IMG/VR virus record: IMGVR_UViG_3300047554_000471
Coordinates: 5,592 to 69,591 of that record
DNA length: 64,000 bases
Strand: one strand, 5' to 3'
DNA from: a virus
Position 1 is the stretch's first letter. Each line of letters opens with the position of its first letter. Made by a program: the position numbers and the translations under genes. Of the stretch, positions 40,601 through 50,449 are shown piece after piece. The notes below the pieces were generated by a model. That model did not search any database, had not been told where the DNA came from, and saw only the letters and a list, made by a program, of their open reading frames with translations.

Positions 40601-40754
40601 GGCTATCCCTGGAACAGTTGGTACTGGTATTTACTATTTTGATTTAGAAACACCAATCAACAGCTACTCTAGATGGGGTGTAATATTTGCAGAAGGGAAA
40701 AATACAAACAACACAAGATATTTTTTAATGCCGGATTCAGCATCCGCACCATAA
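37644..40754 (+). CDS. Cadherin-like repeat virion surface protein
   Basis: Repeated cadherin-like units: INENSSDGTTVGVISATDTESD, DNIAPVV, NTAPSW, NNAPDI, NYAPTA. Confidence 0.75.
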   Translation: MALIRGQQISGSVSSASFATTASYVDPIFISASMVDLGFAGQDVALSQSTNPLTSFDGNRIVSNTNLPSGVYNVNYGTSGSLSNFIEKVFFPNSVPNITTTGFTIQEYEVSGSVVGTVSAVDAEGQAITFRTASAYTAGFFKISTGGEITLNTKSTSSMNTDITPGSGSHPFLIEAVDTFSGVGSQTVYIRVNPNTAPSWRQTSIGGAIITSYTASLNENSTSGEKFRVYFTDAESDTMTVNTGSMPTGFSASLAATYVAVHQTTASLDYETTSSYNISFTVQDQHYTSGDSTTSITTLPIVVQVVDNIAPVVNNQTLSSINENSSDGTTVGVISATDTESDTITFSDFTLVSAYLNSVGTNITSSLGGTSLYDPHANPFQCNSSGTVTRKTGVYLNSDVADRYVYQVSVRDSYNNTTDTGLVTIPIDADAASAVTNNWTNAYVIESAVAGASIYTNSTGRTGTIAQWSSAASQRWSVTSDGDLVEVTSLTGSATNLRLKNNVSGSAWSYNGDNTIGVYLTASEHGFETTKQYVNLTVNVAINNAPDIVFTNNSTKQNTNLATSGSTMVTLSFSDTEGDAINTSSFSLTDPSGQLNAVYSGGVYYLQARNSLSGSTTYGYTASIKDVHGFRTNTESSSFSIAQASIGTLTTNGTFYVIETARSGALVYTNSNGRSGTQGDLGVTYSPDYGSQVVQSFTSSNALVNVTTAGALSIAQNVSGSYTSGQTITSNITFRDQYNNIGSGSLTIYVAQNYAPTATFTDVAANLTASISANTGLVSMSISDTESDAPYSASLSGGTAGSLKLIPQNANSSSYVLQNTSTFVTASTVAYTASVYDVHGKTTTYTRTLTIAQPVGKTYVYGWTGGSGTNETNTLASMGDTGGVITSGSLIAMFQSGSIGSSSFTPGYVGGTATLFKTASLSVLSDSNSSGVSTLGYINFSATANRLLIIFPSASNLGSKPVSMYDGVPPDVTGTPGEYYLYAKDSAIPGTVGTGIYYFDLETPINSYSRWGVIFAEGKNTNNTRYFLMPDSASAP

Positions 40755-40770
40755 AGATTAGAATAGATTA

Positions 40771-41310
40771 ATGGCAACTACTGCAAGTGATATATACGTA
40801 AGGAGTGGAGCGTCGGGCTCATTCACCGCTGTTCAGTTTGTTCAGGGAGGATGGATTACCGTACCTTCTGCATCCAATATGTATTCAATTTATGAAGATA
40901 GGTTAGCGGATGGTCAGATTATATATGTACAGAGCCAGAATCAACTATATAGCGTTTCAAAGTTTGTTGCATTTGAGACGCCTGGATATGCTGGTTTGGA
41001 GAACTCAGCATCTTTTAATGTCTTTGCTTTTAATGCGACTAATACCGGATCATTTGCAATAACTGGTTCAAACCAATTTAAGGCAAGCCAATCGATTACT
41101 GGTAGTTTATTCATAACTTCAGGATCTTTAGATATTACCGGAGTTACTGCAAATATTGCAATATTGAGAAACTCAAGCTCTGCTGCTGTATTAACCGTAT
41201 CACAAAGTGGTGTAGTTGTATTGGCAACGCAATCGGTAGAGTTATCAGGAGTAGCTCCTAATGGAGGTATATATTTTACATCAGGGAATTTCTTTGTGGG
41301 ATTAGATTGA
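40771..41310 (+). CDS. Small fibre/appendage protein
   Basis: TGSFAITGSNQF-type repeats. Confidence 0.55.
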   Translation: MATTASDIYVRSGASGSFTAVQFVQGGWITVPSASNMYSIYEDRLADGQIIYVQSQNQLYSVSKFVAFETPGYAGLENSASFNVFAFNATNTGSFAITGSNQFKASQSITGSLFITSGSLDITGVTANIAILRNSSSAAVLTVSQSGVVVLATQSVELSGVAPNGGIYFTSGNFFVGLD

Positions 41311-41363
41311 TTCTAAAAACATAACATATTTATATACAACGGATAAAAAACACATTTTAGAAA

Positions 41364-42788
41364 ATGGCAACTTGGAAAAAAGTCATAGTATCGGGATCGC
41401 AGGCTGAATTAGCAGGGGTTACCGGTTCATTTACTGGATCGTTCTTTGGTAACGGTGCAGGATTAACTGGGGTAACAGCAACAGCTATATTCCCAACATC
41501 AGCAGTAACAAACATTGCTAGTACTGATAAGATCTTTATTAGTCAGAGTGCCAATGAGTATATCACTTATGGTAACTTTTTAACAGACTTAGCGGGTACT
41601 AACTTAGCAGTTGAGGGTTCTGATAGTCTAACACTAGCATCTCAGATATCCGTAACTGGTGTAACTGCGTCATTTACTGGATCGCATATAGGTACATTAA
41701 CTGGTACAGCTTCTTATGCTACCTTTGCCAACAACTCTGATTTATTAGATAACCAACATGGTTCGTATTACACCAACGCATCTAATATTAACGCTGGTAC
41801 AATTGGCAACACATACTTACCAAGTGCAATCAATGTAACATCCGTTTCTGCTTCATTCACTGGTTCTTTAACTGGTGCTCTGATTGGTACAGCTTCTTGG
41901 GCAACAGCAGCAGCAACAGCATACACCACATTAGCAGCCTTAACGGCAGGTTCAGGTTTAAATAATGGTGGTGGTACATTTAATGGAGCTACAGCGAGAA
42001 CATTCTCAGTAGACTCTGGTTCAATGCTACCATACTACTCTGGTTCTATCTTCAGTACATTATCAGGTGGTGCCACTGTATCTTCAGCAGGTGTTGTAAC
42101 TCTTAAAACTGGATTAGTATCTGGTTCATCGATTGCATCAGGTGCTCAAGGTGAGGTAACACTTACAACGAATGGTGTAGCAGCTTCTGCAGTTGATTTA
42201 GGATTACAAACTTCAGATTCTCCTCAATTCGTTGGATTAACGTTGACGGGTGACGCAGCAGTAAATGGTGGAGACATTACAACCTCTGCAACAACCTTCA
42301 ACTTAGTTAACACAACTGCAACTACTTTAAACATTGGTGGTGCAGCAACTACAGTAAACATTGGAGCTTCTACTGGAACAACAACAGTCAATAATAGCTT
42401 GAGCGTTAAAGGTACGCTATACGTAGAGGGTTCTGTGACAGCGATTAGCTCATCTAACTTGTATGTAGCTGACCAATTCATCCTAGTAGCTTCTGGCTCT
42501 GCAACAGCAGGTGATGGTGGTATTGTGATCGATCGTGGTTCTGATGCCGCTGGCAACATTGCTTACGGATACGACTCTACAACAGACCGTTGGGGTTATC
42601 AATCAGGTCTTGTAGATACTACAAATGCATTAGACCCAACATCAGCGGGTGGTGTGAGTGGTTCATTTGCTCCATATTTATTTGTCGAAGCTAGTCATGG
42701 CGCTACTAAACCGATCACTGGAGAATTTGCAGTAGTAGGTTCAATGTATATGTCAACTGCAGGAGACTTCTGGATTTACACAGCATAA
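41364..42788 (+). CDS. Fibre protein (WKKVIVSGS N-terminus)
   Basis: TGSFTGS/TASYA repeats, G/S/T/A-rich. Confidence 0.7.
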   Translation: MATWKKVIVSGSQAELAGVTGSFTGSFFGNGAGLTGVTATAIFPTSAVTNIASTDKIFISQSANEYITYGNFLTDLAGTNLAVEGSDSLTLASQISVTGVTASFTGSHIGTLTGTASYATFANNSDLLDNQHGSYYTNASNINAGTIGNTYLPSAINVTSVSASFTGSLTGALIGTASWATAAATAYTTLAALTAGSGLNNGGGTFNGATARTFSVDSGSMLPYYSGSIFSTLSGGATVSSAGVVTLKTGLVSGSSIASGAQGEVTLTTNGVAASAVDLGLQTSDSPQFVGLTLTGDAAVNGGDITTSATTFNLVNTTATTLNIGGAATTVNIGASTGTTTVNNSLSVKGTLYVEGSVTAISSSNLYVADQFILVASGSATAGDGGIVIDRGSDAAGNIAYGYDSTTDRWGYQSGLVDTTNALDPTSAGGVSGSFAPYLFVEASHGATKPITGEFAVVGSMYMSTAGDFWIYTA

Positions 42789-42802
42789 TATTTATTAAGG
42801 TT

Positions 42803-42997
42803 ATGAGCATTATCAATAAACTATTACCAAATCAAACAATATCAACTCCTGAAGACCTAAATAAACTGAGTCTTCAGGAGCTTGAGTTTTTACTTAAAAC
42901 CCTAAAAACAACGCAATTAGTTGGAGAACAGGTAGAAATGTTCTATATTCTAGTTACGAAGCTGCAGAATCAATATCTACAGCAGGAAGCTAAGTAA
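42803..42997 (+). CDS. Small helical protein (possible fibre chaperone)
   Basis: 64 aa, own TATTTATT motif, LSLQELEFLL. Confidence 0.55.
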   Translation: MSIINKLLPNQTISTPEDLNKLSLQELEFLLKTLKTTQLVGEQVEMFYILVTKLQNQYLQQEAK

Positions 42998-43008
42998 AAC
43001 ACTCAGTT

Positions 43009-43266
43009 ATGGATATTTTCTCAATCGATCTCTCAATACAAGAGATTACACTACTACGCCAATCATTAGATGTAATCAACATCACTGGTAAAGATGCCAG
43101 ATTTGTAGGTAACTTGCAATACAAACTAGAAACAGAATTGCAAACCATTCGCACAATGTTAGCCGAACGTGAAGCTCAAGAGCAAAATGAAAAGGCTGCT
43201 GAACTCCAGCGTGCAATTGCAGCAGAAGCTCGCAAACAAAAAAAAGCTGAGCAGGCAACATCTTAA
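43009..43266 (+). CDS. Small coiled-coil protein (possible fibre chaperone)
   Basis: 85 aa, LSIQEITLL similar to the preceding gene. Confidence 0.55.
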   Translation: MDIFSIDLSIQEITLLRQSLDVINITGKDARFVGNLQYKLETELQTIRTMLAEREAQEQNEKAAELQRAIAAEARKQKKAEQATS

Positions 43267-43294
43267 TTACAACTCTTAATATTTATTAGAAATA

Positions 43295-43358
43295 AAGCTG
43301 TAGGCCGAAAGGAAGTAGGCATATACACGGCATAAGTGTATGTATCTAACCACAGCTT
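43295..43358 (+). ncRNA. Candidate structured cis-regulatory RNA (three-way junction) in fibre gene leader
   Basis: AAGCTGT/ACAGCTT closing stem, CC-GAAA-GG hairpin, long TAGG-C-ATATACAC/GTGTATGT-A-TCTA hairpin. Confidence 0.55.
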
Positions 43359-43372
43359 AAGAATTTTGTAAT

Positions 43373-46300
43373 ATGCCAAACTGGAAAAAAGTCATAGTCT
43401 CCGGCTCAAGTGCCGTATTAACCACAGTAACCGCAACACAGGGTTTTACTGGGTCCCTCTCAGGAAGCGCATCATCAGCCACTTCAGCATCATATGCATT
43501 ATCAGCATCTACTGCCGATACAGTCAAAACGGGCTTAGTTGTTACTAACGCCACCCACTATATTCCATTTGTAGATGGTAACAATAACCCAGCAGTTCCT
43601 GAAGTTCTAGGTACTGTCGGTACATTAACATACAATCCAAATGCGGGAGTATTCAATGCAAACATAGTATCTGGATCTGCTGCTGTCTACTCAGGTGGAG
43701 ATGTAATAGCAAACTCTTATCTGAGATCACTAAACTCGACAGGAGACGAAGGCGGTGAAATATTTCTTAATAAAGCTGTTACAAACACAACTCTTACGGG
43801 AGGGGTTACCGTTGACGTTTATCAAAATAAATTAAGATTTTTTGAGCAGGGTGGTTCTGCTCGAGGGTTTTATTTAGATATCAGCACAGGTGGCAGCGCC
43901 GCATCAACAAACCTAGCGTCAGGCGGAGGTACTGTGACTTCGGTATCAGCATCGGGTACGGTATCAGGAATTACTTTAGGTGGTGGTCCAATTACTGGCG
44001 CAGGAACCTTAACACTAAGTGGTACTATTTCTGGTTTGACAAACTCAAACTTGTCAGGAACGGCAGGTATTACAAACGCTAATCTAGCAAACAGTAGCAT
44101 TACCATTGGTACAACGGCTATATCGTTAGGAGCTTCTTCAACGACGTTGGCAGGATTATCTAGTGTTACTTCAACATCCTTTACCGGATCCCTATCAGGA
44201 ACAGCTACAGGCAATCTAACTTCAGCATCAACATTAACAGCTGGTAATCTATCAGGAACCATTCCATCAGCAGTTTTAGGTAACTCTACGCATTATATTG
44301 GAACGACAGCCGTAACACTAAACAGAGCTTCAGCAAACTTAGCATTGACGGGAATTTCTAGTATAGCATTTCCAGGATCAACTTCAGGAACTGCAACACT
44401 TCAAGCAACTGCAACGGCAGGTACTCCAACATTATCGCTACCAACAGCAACTGGTACATTGGTGGGGACGGGAGATTCTGGAACTGTGACTAATACGATG
44501 TTAGCAGGTTCAATCGCTAATGCCAAGTTAGCAAACTCTTCAATCACAATAGGAAGTACTACTATTTCACTAGGAGCAACTTCAACCACACTAGCAGGAC
44601 TTACTAGCGTAACTGCAACAAACTTTACTGGTACAGCTTCCTACGCAACTGTAGCTCAGTCGGTGCTAGGAACAGTCACTTCTGCTTCTTATGCAGTAAC
44701 AGCTTCTTACGCGGTTAACGCAGCAAACACATACATAGGATCAACCAACACTGGTACGTGGAGTATCATAGGTGTGCAAGCATCTGGATACACACAACCA
44801 TCCAACTTTACCGGATTCACACTCAATGCTGCGACTAACACCCTAAGCACAACAGCTTCTTGGGCAACAACTGCAGCAAGTGCGACATCAGCAACAAGTG
44901 CAGGTTCAGTAACGAATGCAGTAACATTCAACAATGGTGGTGCAGGTGATGCATCCGGTACATCGTTTAATGGATCTGCAGCAAGAACTATATCATACAA
45001 TACAATTGGAGCTCCAAAAACAGATGGTACAAATGCCACTGGTACTTGGGGTATCTCTATATCAGGTAACGCAGCGACAGCAACAAGTGCTACTTCAGCA
45101 ACTAATGCAACCAATAGCACAAACGTAGGAATAACAGATACTACAACTGGTGCAGGTCCATACTACCTAACCTTTGTATCTAGTACATCAGGTAACCAAG
45201 CCCAAAGAGTAGATAGTACCGGATTAACGTATAATGCTACAACGAATGCAATTACAGCATCGATCTTCAAAGGAGATCTTGTTGGTACTGCTTCATATGC
45301 AGGAATAGCTCTTACTGCTACAAATGCAGTAAGCGCAGATAAGGTGCTTACAGAAACCACATCTACTGCTGCGTCGTATTATGTAACATTTGTCGATTCA
45401 GATAATGGTACTGCAGCCTCTGAGAAGTTAAATACAAACACCGGAGCACAATACAACCCAGGTACAGGCACGCTTCGCGTTGTCAACTTACTAGCAACAA
45501 ACTCAATAACTGGTAGCCACTTAGGTAATACAACTGGTACAGCTTCTTGGGCTACAAATGCAGTAACAGCTACCTCAGCTACTTCAGCTACAACTGCCAC
45601 AAGTGCTACCTCAGCTACTACATCAACTTATGTATTATCAGCAGATACAAGAGCTGTAGCATCAACACCAGAAACAAACAACGCATCTCAGGGTGTTAGA
45701 TTTGATTTCAAGCAAAACTCAACAAACGGTTTGAGTGATGGCGGTACATACAATGGTGTAATGTACTTCAGAAAGTATGGTTCAGGAACTGACTGGTCTG
45801 GTGGTGGTGCTCATGAGATTGGATTTACCGATAACGGAAATTTACACCACAGATATGGTACAAGTACGACATGGGGTTCTTGGTATAAAGTACTAGATTC
45901 AAATAACTACAATTCATACGCACCAACATTAACTGGTACTGGTGCAACTGGTACTTGGAATATTACATCAAGTTGGGCTACAAGAGCGGTAACAGCTAGT
46001 TACGCTTTAACAGCGAGTTATCTGCTAGGAAGTATCACATCGGCATCTTACGCAGCAACCTCCAGTTGGGCTGTAAACGCCACGAGTGCAGGCTCGGCAG
46101 ATGCAGTAGCTATAAACACATCAGCTGCGGATCTAGATCTTTTAGGGGTTAGTGGTGGAGCTGGTTACTCTGCGTTAGAGATTGATCAAAACAATTCGGT
46201 AAAGTGGGTACTATCAAACCCAACATTTGCTGCTATCCAGGTAAGAGAGAATACCTCTGGTCAGAGAACGTACTTTGGTGCATTAACGAATGCTGGTGAA

Positions 46301-46786
46301 GGTTTCTTAGAAGCTCAGTATGGTCGAATGTATTATTACAGTGATAGACACATCTTTGGTACTAATGCATATGGGTACTCTGCACAGATAGACGTAGCAG
46401 GAAACTTTGATGCTGCAAATGATATTACGTGTGGTGGTACAAAGTTCTTTGATATTCCACACCAAGGAAAGCAAGGTTGGGGATTAAAGCACGCAGCAAT
46501 AGAAGGACCAGAATCTGCAGTATACTTCCGTGGTAAGTTGAACGGAGATTCTACAATAGATTTGCCGGAGTACTGGGATTGGTTAGTTGATCACGATACG
46601 ATCACAGTATCGCTTACTCCAGTTGGACAATACCAGGCTCTATATGTAAAAGAGATTACTGGACAACAAATTGAGATTGGATCCGATGGCGATCATATTA
46701 ACTGTCATTATGTGGTTTATGGAGAACGTAAGGATGTTGATCGATGGGATGTAGAATATCCAGAATATTCAAGAACAGACAAATAA
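43373..46786 (+). CDS. Long tail fibre-like protein
   Basis: MPNWKKVIVSGS start; TASWA/TASYA and ATSATSA repeats; C-terminal FDIPH...IEGPE...LPEYW...YGERKD domain typical of phage fibres. Confidence 0.8.
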   Translation: MPNWKKVIVSGSSAVLTTVTATQGFTGSLSGSASSATSASYALSASTADTVKTGLVVTNATHYIPFVDGNNNPAVPEVLGTVGTLTYNPNAGVFNANIVSGSAAVYSGGDVIANSYLRSLNSTGDEGGEIFLNKAVTNTTLTGGVTVDVYQNKLRFFEQGGSARGFYLDISTGGSAASTNLASGGGTVTSVSASGTVSGITLGGGPITGAGTLTLSGTISGLTNSNLSGTAGITNANLANSSITIGTTAISLGASSTTLAGLSSVTSTSFTGSLSGTATGNLTSASTLTAGNLSGTIPSAVLGNSTHYIGTTAVTLNRASANLALTGISSIAFPGSTSGTATLQATATAGTPTLSLPTATGTLVGTGDSGTVTNTMLAGSIANAKLANSSITIGSTTISLGATSTTLAGLTSVTATNFTGTASYATVAQSVLGTVTSASYAVTASYAVNAANTYIGSTNTGTWSIIGVQASGYTQPSNFTGFTLNAATNTLSTTASWATTAASATSATSAGSVTNAVTFNNGGAGDASGTSFNGSAARTISYNTIGAPKTDGTNATGTWGISISGNAATATSATSATNATNSTNVGITDTTTGAGPYYLTFVSSTSGNQAQRVDSTGLTYNATTNAITASIFKGDLVGTASYAGIALTATNAVSADKVLTETTSTAASYYVTFVDSDNGTAASEKLNTNTGAQYNPGTGTLRVVNLLATNSITGSHLGNTTGTASWATNAVTATSATSATTATSATSATTSTYVLSADTRAVASTPETNNASQGVRFDFKQNSTNGLSDGGTYNGVMYFRKYGSGTDWSGGGAHEIGFTDNGNLHHRYGTSTTWGSWYKVLDSNNYNSYAPTLTGTGATGTWNITSSWATRAVTASYALTASYLLGSITSASYAATSSWAVNATSAGSADAVAINTSAADLDLLGVSGGAGYSALEIDQNNSVKWVLSNPTFAAIQVRENTSGQRTYFGALTNAGEGFLEAQYGRMYYYSDRHIFGTNAYGYSAQIDVAGNFDAANDITCGGTKFFDIPHQGKQGWGLKHAAIEGPESAVYFRGKLNGDSTIDLPEYWDWLVDHDTITVSLTPVGQYQALYVKEITGQQIEIGSDGDHINCHYVVYGERKDVDRWDVEYPEYSRTDK

Positions 46787-46806
46787 TGCTATTTATATAA
46801 AAAGCT

Positions 46807-49422
46807 ATGGCAAGAGGTGAAACAAGTTTACCAAATTTAAACACAAGAAATAGAACGGTTGCAATCACATCGACAGGCATTGTTGTATCTGGTTCGGCAG
46901 CTAAAATTGCTATATCAGGATCATCCAATACATCAATTGGAACGGCAACTAACGATGAACTATTTGCTTCAAGAACCTACGTAGCGGATCAGGTTGCTAA
47001 TTTAGTAGCTTCTGCACCAACAGCGTTAAACACACTGGATGAATTAGCAGCTGCGTTAGGAGATGATGCTAACTTTGCAACAACTACATCAACTGCATTA
47101 GGTAACCGACTTCGTGTTGACATTAGCAATCAGGGTTTAACATCTACACAACAAGCTAATGCTAGAACAAACCTGGGATTAGGTACAGCAGCAACAACTG
47201 CAGCAACTGATTATGCAGCTGCTTCACATACACACTCATATCTACCATTAGCGGGTGGATCATTGACAGGAAAGCTTACCTTTTACACATCCGATACGAA
47301 TAACGGATTTGCATGGATAGTAAATAGTGATGAAGCCGGTATCACTTTTAAGAATACCGGAGATGGTGATAGCAACTCGTACCTTAACATCTTCACAAAA
47401 GATAATGGAAACGAGTATATCAAGTTTTCACACACACACTATAGTACCGGTGCCAAAGATTGGGTTGATATTAAGGATGGTGTCGTAAGATTTAACGGAG
47501 ATTTATACGTTAATGCATCACAATCGGGTACCGCTGCGGCTGGATCAAATGCATTATCGGGAGGTAGTAGAGTTTGGCATTTGGGTGATTTCTCTTCAAC
47601 AAACGTATCCAACTGGAATACAGCATATGGATGGGGTAATCACGCTTCAGCAGGATACCTAACATCTGTAACTACTATCACTGGAAACGCAGGAACAGCA
47701 ACTAAATTACAAACAGCTAGAAGCATTGCAGGTGTTTCTTTTGATGGATCTGGAAATATTAGCATACCAATCACTGGATTATCCGATGTAGCAATTACAA
47801 CACCATCAAACAACCAACTACTGGTATATAATAGCTCAACCAGCAAGTGGACTAATACATCAGGAATTACTGGACCTACTGGCCCAACCGGACCTCCAGG
47901 CCCAACTGGACCTAGTGGAACTAACGGATCAACTGGTCCTACTGGCCCAATCGGTCCTAGTGGACCTACTGGACCTACCGGAGCAGCTGGTCCAACTGGA
48001 AGCGTAGGACCCACTGGACCTACTGGCCCCACTGGACCTACTGGCCCAACTGGAGTTGGCATTTCAACAGCAGGAGTAACGGGTGGAGCATTGACAATAA
48101 GACTTACAGATGGATCAACTCCAATCAGCTCAGTCAATGTTGTTGGCCCTACTGGACCCACTGGTCCGACAGGGCCCACTGGCAGTCCAGGACCCACTGG
48201 ACCTACTGGCCCCACTGGACCTCAAGGGCTAAGAGGGGATACTGGAGCCACTGGACCTACTGGCCCAACTGGCCCAGGTTCAACAGTAGCAGGACCTACT
48301 GGCCCTCCAGGACCCACTGGACCTACTGGCCCCACTGGACCTACTGGACCTAGTGGTGGACCTGGTCCAACTGGACCTACTGGCCCTCCGGGATCAACTT
48401 CGTATAGTGCAACATCACTATCATCAACTGGATTTGGAAGCAGTACACAGACTTGGTATCAATCACCAACTGGAATTGCAGGATATAATGGTAGCTGGGC
48501 AAGTTATTTAATCTCAAATCACGGAGATGGTGCAACTTACTATAACCAATCTCTAATCATGCCATTCTGGGGACCACCTCAGTATTCAAGATTAGAGGGA
48601 GGTACTCAAAGAGGTCCTTACACATTTATTACTACAGAAAACCTAAGTACCTATGCTTTGTCAGGACCTACTGGTCCTACTGGACCCACTGGCCCTACTG
48701 GATCACCTGGTCCCACTGGCCCTACCGGACCTAGCGGTCTGAAAGGGGATACTGGTGCTACCGGTCCAAGTGGAGCTACTGGACCAACTGGACCTAGTGG
48801 TCCAACTGGATCTCCAGGACCTACCGGACCTACTGGAGTAGGAATCTCTTCAGCAGCAGTGTCAGCAGGAAGATTGACAATATCTCTAACAAACGGAACA
48901 ACGCCAATAAACTCAGTTAACGTAGTAGGACCAACTGGACCTACTGGTCCCACCGGGTCGCCAGGACCTACTGGAGCTACTGGACCTGCGGGTGCTGCAT
49001 CGACAGTAGCAGGACCTCCAGGACCTACTGGTCCTCAGGGGCCTAGTGGCGCAACTGGACCTACTGGTGGACCTGGCCCAACTGGACCTACGGGCTCCAC
49101 TGGTCGTTCAGCTTACGAGTCTTGGTTAGCTGCAGGGAATAGTGGAACAGAGGCTGCCTTCTTAGCAGCATTGAGAGGATCAACTGGACCTACTGGACCT
49201 ACTGGATCACCAGGACCTACCGGACCAACCGGTCCTACCGGACCTTCAGGAACTGGATCTCCAGGACCTACTGGGGCACCTGGTCCAACTGGACCTACTG
49301 GCCCTCCGGGACCTCCAGGATCAGGTGGAGGTGGTGGTTATACTGGTGATGTACCAGTTACAGATGGTCGAGGTATGTTTATATTGCAGTTTGTTGATGG
49401 TTTACTTGTAAATGTGATGTAA
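46807..49422 (+). CDS. Collagen-like fibre protein
   Basis: [24 protein letters not shown] fibre repeat, long Gly-Pro-Thr tracts, SAYESWL...GTEAAFL motif. Confidence 0.85.
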   Translation: MARGETSLPNLNTRNRTVAITSTGIVVSGSAAKIAISGSSNTSIGTATNDELFASRTYVADQVANLVASAPTALNTLDELAAALGDDANFATTTSTALGNRLRVDISNQGLTSTQQANARTNLGLGTAATTAATDYAAASHTHSYLPLAGGSLTGKLTFYTSDTNNGFAWIVNSDEAGITFKNTGDGDSNSYLNIFTKDNGNEYIKFSHTHYSTGAKDWVDIKDGVVRFNGDLYVNASQSGTAAAGSNALSGGSRVWHLGDFSSTNVSNWNTAYGWGNHASAGYLTSVTTITGNAGTATKLQTARSIAGVSFDGSGNISIPITGLSDVAITTPSNNQLLVYNSSTSKWTNTSGITGPTGPTGPPGPTGPSGTNGSTGPTGPIGPSGPTGPTGAAGPTGSVGPTGPTGPTGPTGPTGVGISTAGVTGGALTIRLTDGSTPISSVNVVGPTGPTGPTGPTGSPGPTGPTGPTGPQGLRGDTGATGPTGPTGPGSTVAGPTGPPGPTGPTGPTGPTGPSGGPGPTGPTGPPGSTSYSATSLSSTGFGSSTQTWYQSPTGIAGYNGSWASYLISNHGDGATYYNQSLIMPFWGPPQYSRLEGGTQRGPYTFITTENLSTYALSGPTGPTGPTGPTGSPGPTGPTGPSGLKGDTGATGPSGATGPTGPSGPTGSPGPTGPTGVGISSAAVSAGRLTISLTNGTTPINSVNVVGPTGPTGPTGSPGPTGATGPAGAASTVAGPPGPTGPQGPSGATGPTGGPGPTGPTGSTGRSAYESWLAAGNSGTEAAFLAALRGSTGPTGPTGSPGPTGPTGPTGPSGTGSPGPTGAPGPTGPTGPPGPPGSGGGGGYTGDVPVTDGRGMFILQFVDGLLVNVM
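47872..49320 (+). repeat. Collagen Gly-Pro-Thr coding repeat (GGNCCNACT), interrupted
   Basis: Many 9-bp units such as GGACCTACT; two copies of a GVGIS...VNVVGPT knob interrupt the tract. Confidence 0.9.
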
Positions 49423-49464
49423 CAGCTAGTTGCATAGTTTTAATTTTTTACGTATATTTTAGTT

Positions 49465-50058
49465 ATGAATAATAGACCCACATTCCAACCTACTCAAAAT
49501 GTAGACCAGACTCAGTACTATTGGTTTGAGAATGGTTTTACGGAAGAAGAGGTGAACCATATACAACTCACAGCAGAAAAGTATCAAGAACATGATGCCA
49601 CAATAATCGGTAATCAGGAAGAGGTGGAGGAAGCCATCAGAAAGTCTAAAATCAGATGGCTTCCAAACAACTCACAATGGTTGTGGATGTATAGTAGGAT
49701 TGCAGATATGGTAACAGAAGCAAACAATGCTCTGTGGCATTTCGATATTAACTCTATTATGGACGACATTCAGTTCACAGAATATGAAGCTGGAGGTGGT
49801 CATTATGATTGGCACTTAGATATAGGACCTTCTACAATATCACATAGAAAAATATCTATTGTAGTTCAGCTTTCAAATCCTGATGAGTATGTGGGTGGTG
49901 ATTTGGAATTAATGCCAGGTAATTATTCATTTGCTGTACCTCGTAAAAAGGGAGCTGTTGCAATCTTTCCATCATTCATGTTACACAGAGTAACACCAGT
50001 GACTGAGGGATTAAGACGAAGTGCCGTTTTGTGGGTTGGTGGAAGCCACTACAAATAA
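49465..50058 (+). CDS. 2OG-Fe(II) oxygenase (prolyl-4-hydroxylase-like)
   Basis: IRKS, YDWHLD (HxD), RKISIVVQL, YVGGDL, FPSFMLHRVTPVTEGLRRS (distal His, RxS). Confidence 0.9.
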   Translation: MNNRPTFQPTQNVDQTQYYWFENGFTEEEVNHIQLTAEKYQEHDATIIGNQEEVEEAIRKSKIRWLPNNSQWLWMYSRIADMVTEANNALWHFDINSIMDDIQFTEYEAGGGHYDWHLDIGPSTISHRKISIVVQLSNPDEYVGGDLELMPGNYSFAVPRKKGAVAIFPSFMLHRVTPVTEGLRRSAVLWVGGSHYK

Positions 50059-50110
50059 GGTTTACAAACAAAACAACATATTTATATAAAGAACAACATA
50101 AAACAAAGTT

Positions 50111-50383
50111 ATGGAAAACAAGCAATTTAGCGCAGAAGAACTTGAGCAAATCAAAGTCTTACAAGAGAAGTACAATGTATTAGGTATTCAACTAGTACAA
50201 TTAAAGTTAGCAAAAAAGAATGCTGAAACCTATCTTAATGGCTTGATCGAGCAAGAGGGATTACTAGAAAATCAGATTGTAGAGACGAACGAGGAAGAAA
50301 AGAAGCTAGCTCAAGAATTAGACACAAAATATGGAGCTGGTTCTTTGGATCTTGAGACCGGACAATTTACGCCAAATAGCTAA
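50111..50383 (+). CDS. Small coiled-coil protein
   Basis: 90 aa, heptads, ends KYGAGSLDLETGQF; own TATTTATA motif. Confidence 0.6.
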   Translation: MENKQFSAEELEQIKVLQEKYNVLGIQLVQLKLAKKNAETYLNGLIEQEGLLENQIVETNEEEKKLAQELDTKYGAGSLDLETGQFTPNS

Positions 50384-50449
50384 GGTATTTTAAGGTTTCG
50401 CTGTATGTTGTGATATTTATATTCAAACTGATAAAACTACATTACAACA

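Noticed and set aside
47640-48953. Minus-strand Gly-Pro-Val ORFs
   Set aside because: Antisense shadows of the GGNCCNACT collagen repeat.
47872-49320. Possible CRISPR array or DGR repeat
   Set aside because: Repeats are in-frame 9-mers without unique spacers; no reverse transcriptase or adenine-specific repeat pair was seen.
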